A stretch of 64,000 bases of DNA, counting the filler, from Alcyonidium flabelliforme (Eukaryota): assembly GCA_026167845.1 (NCBI GenBank). It is 42 parts of 42 records of this genome, joined end to end, with 100 filler letters (N's around TTAATTAATTAA, not from the genome) between each part and the next. Parts side by side here need not be neighbours in the genome. Positions count along the whole stretch, not along the records: positions 62,817 to 64,000 come from JAOQFJ010000220.1; 41 more parts are not named here. One strand, given 5' to 3'. This document shows positions 63,126 to 64,000 of the stretch, in pieces (positions within the stretch are counted from its first letter, which is position 1; each line of letters begins with the position of its first letter). Under the pieces are notes generated by a model. That model worked only from the letters and a program-made list of their open reading frames with translations. It made no database searches and was not told where the DNA came from. The position numbers and the translations under genes are program-made.

Positions 63126-64000
63126 TTATATCACATAAGTATATTTTGGTAGCAATCCCTCATTGATGCAAGTTTGATTAAAAGCACAGCTGCATTCCGT
63201 GTTAGAGATCTTGTTCAATGTTTTTTCGTATCTTCGAAAAAGGTGTCGCTTGTCAACTGGTAACTCACCCAAAAGTTCTCCAATCATGGTTGTTAAAAAT
63301 AAACAAACCAAAACACAAATCATCTTTTAAAATCAGATATATATTCAGCATTCATCGGCGTATATTCGGAACACATCTTCCATTCTCAAGCCAGTATATT
63401 TAAAATCTGTAATCTACGCGGGGTAGCGAGGTCACGTGTACACACTATTTACAAAACAATGCCATCTATCGGCAGTAATGGAAATAACTGAACCCGAAAG
63501 TACAACATGAAGGATTCAGACAATAATTCAGCAAAAGAGTTTCAAAATTCTAGAAACACCAGCCTCTAACTGTGAGTTAATACTGGGTGATTCAAACTTA
63601 ATTACCAATGCCTCCAAAATCTTCAATCTAATAGGGTCTTGCTCGGTGTATCTAATACGTGTATTATCAACAATTTGGGATCTGGTAATTCTAACACCAT
63701 GACTCTCAGTAAAATGATCTAGAATCGAACCGTGTTGTTGGTGACCTGACAAGCGGTGTGAAAGCGAACAACGGGTGTGGCCTACGTAAGAATTTGGTCG
63801 TTTATGAACAGCATTTCGGTAACAACCGATAATAGGGCAATAGAACTTATATACGACGTGGTTTCTTGTAAGTGGGCGTTTGTTTTTCGCACACTGGTTG
63901 TTCATCATCACATAGCTTAAAGTACGTTTGCTCGGTGTATCTTATACGTGTATTATCAACAATTTGGGATCTGGTAATTCTAACACCATGGCTCTCAGTA
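63126..64000 (-). mobile_element. Penelope-like element 3' end: GIY-YIG (63528-63911), pseudo-LTR, ORF restart (63126-63323) and a partial tandem duplicate
   Basis: VVYKFYCPIIGC...SYVGHTRCSLSHRLSGH; same family as 25712-26535; 63928-64000 repeats 63639-63711. Confidence 0.92.
63357..63392 (-). ncRNA. Minimal hammerhead ribozyme-like motif, U3-A8 and U15.1-A16.1 variant
   Basis: GGC-TTGAGAA-T-GGAA-GATGTG-TTCC-GAA-TATA-C-GCC. Confidence 0.78.

Overview
This window is not one locus. It is a pseudo-scaffold of 42 unrelated short contigs (about 1.5 kb falling to 1.37 kb, sorted by length; the last is cut by the window edge) joined by artificial 100-bp spacers (N44-TTAATTAATTAA-N44). ORFs that run into X/LIN are artefacts, and adjacency across spacers means nothing. 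Most contigs are repeat DNA of an AT-rich invertebrate animal: Penelope-like retroelements (GIY-YIG ends with pseudo-LTRs), CR1/L2-type LINE fragments, Ty3/Gypsy pieces, tRNA-derived SINEs, many MITEs, satellites, a His-Me finger endonuclease pseudogene, and a mitochondrial trnN-trnG-rrnL fragment. Mixed in are fungal contigs (a triple Zn2Cys6 transcription factor, RIP-mutated Copia and other repeats, small intron-containing genes) and bacterial contigs (a giant adhesin fragment, an XRE-HTH/metallopeptidase gene with an upstream partner carrying a nonsense codon, an IS3 end, and a structured-RNA candidate). Top observations: (1) six minimal hammerhead-ribozyme-like motifs in the Penelope pseudo-LTRs, with base-pair covariation at normally invariant core positions; (2) a RosmerTA-like toxin-antitoxin/defence candidate with an operator palindrome; (3) a pseudoknotted bacterial ncRNA candidate resembling C4/CI antisense modules.
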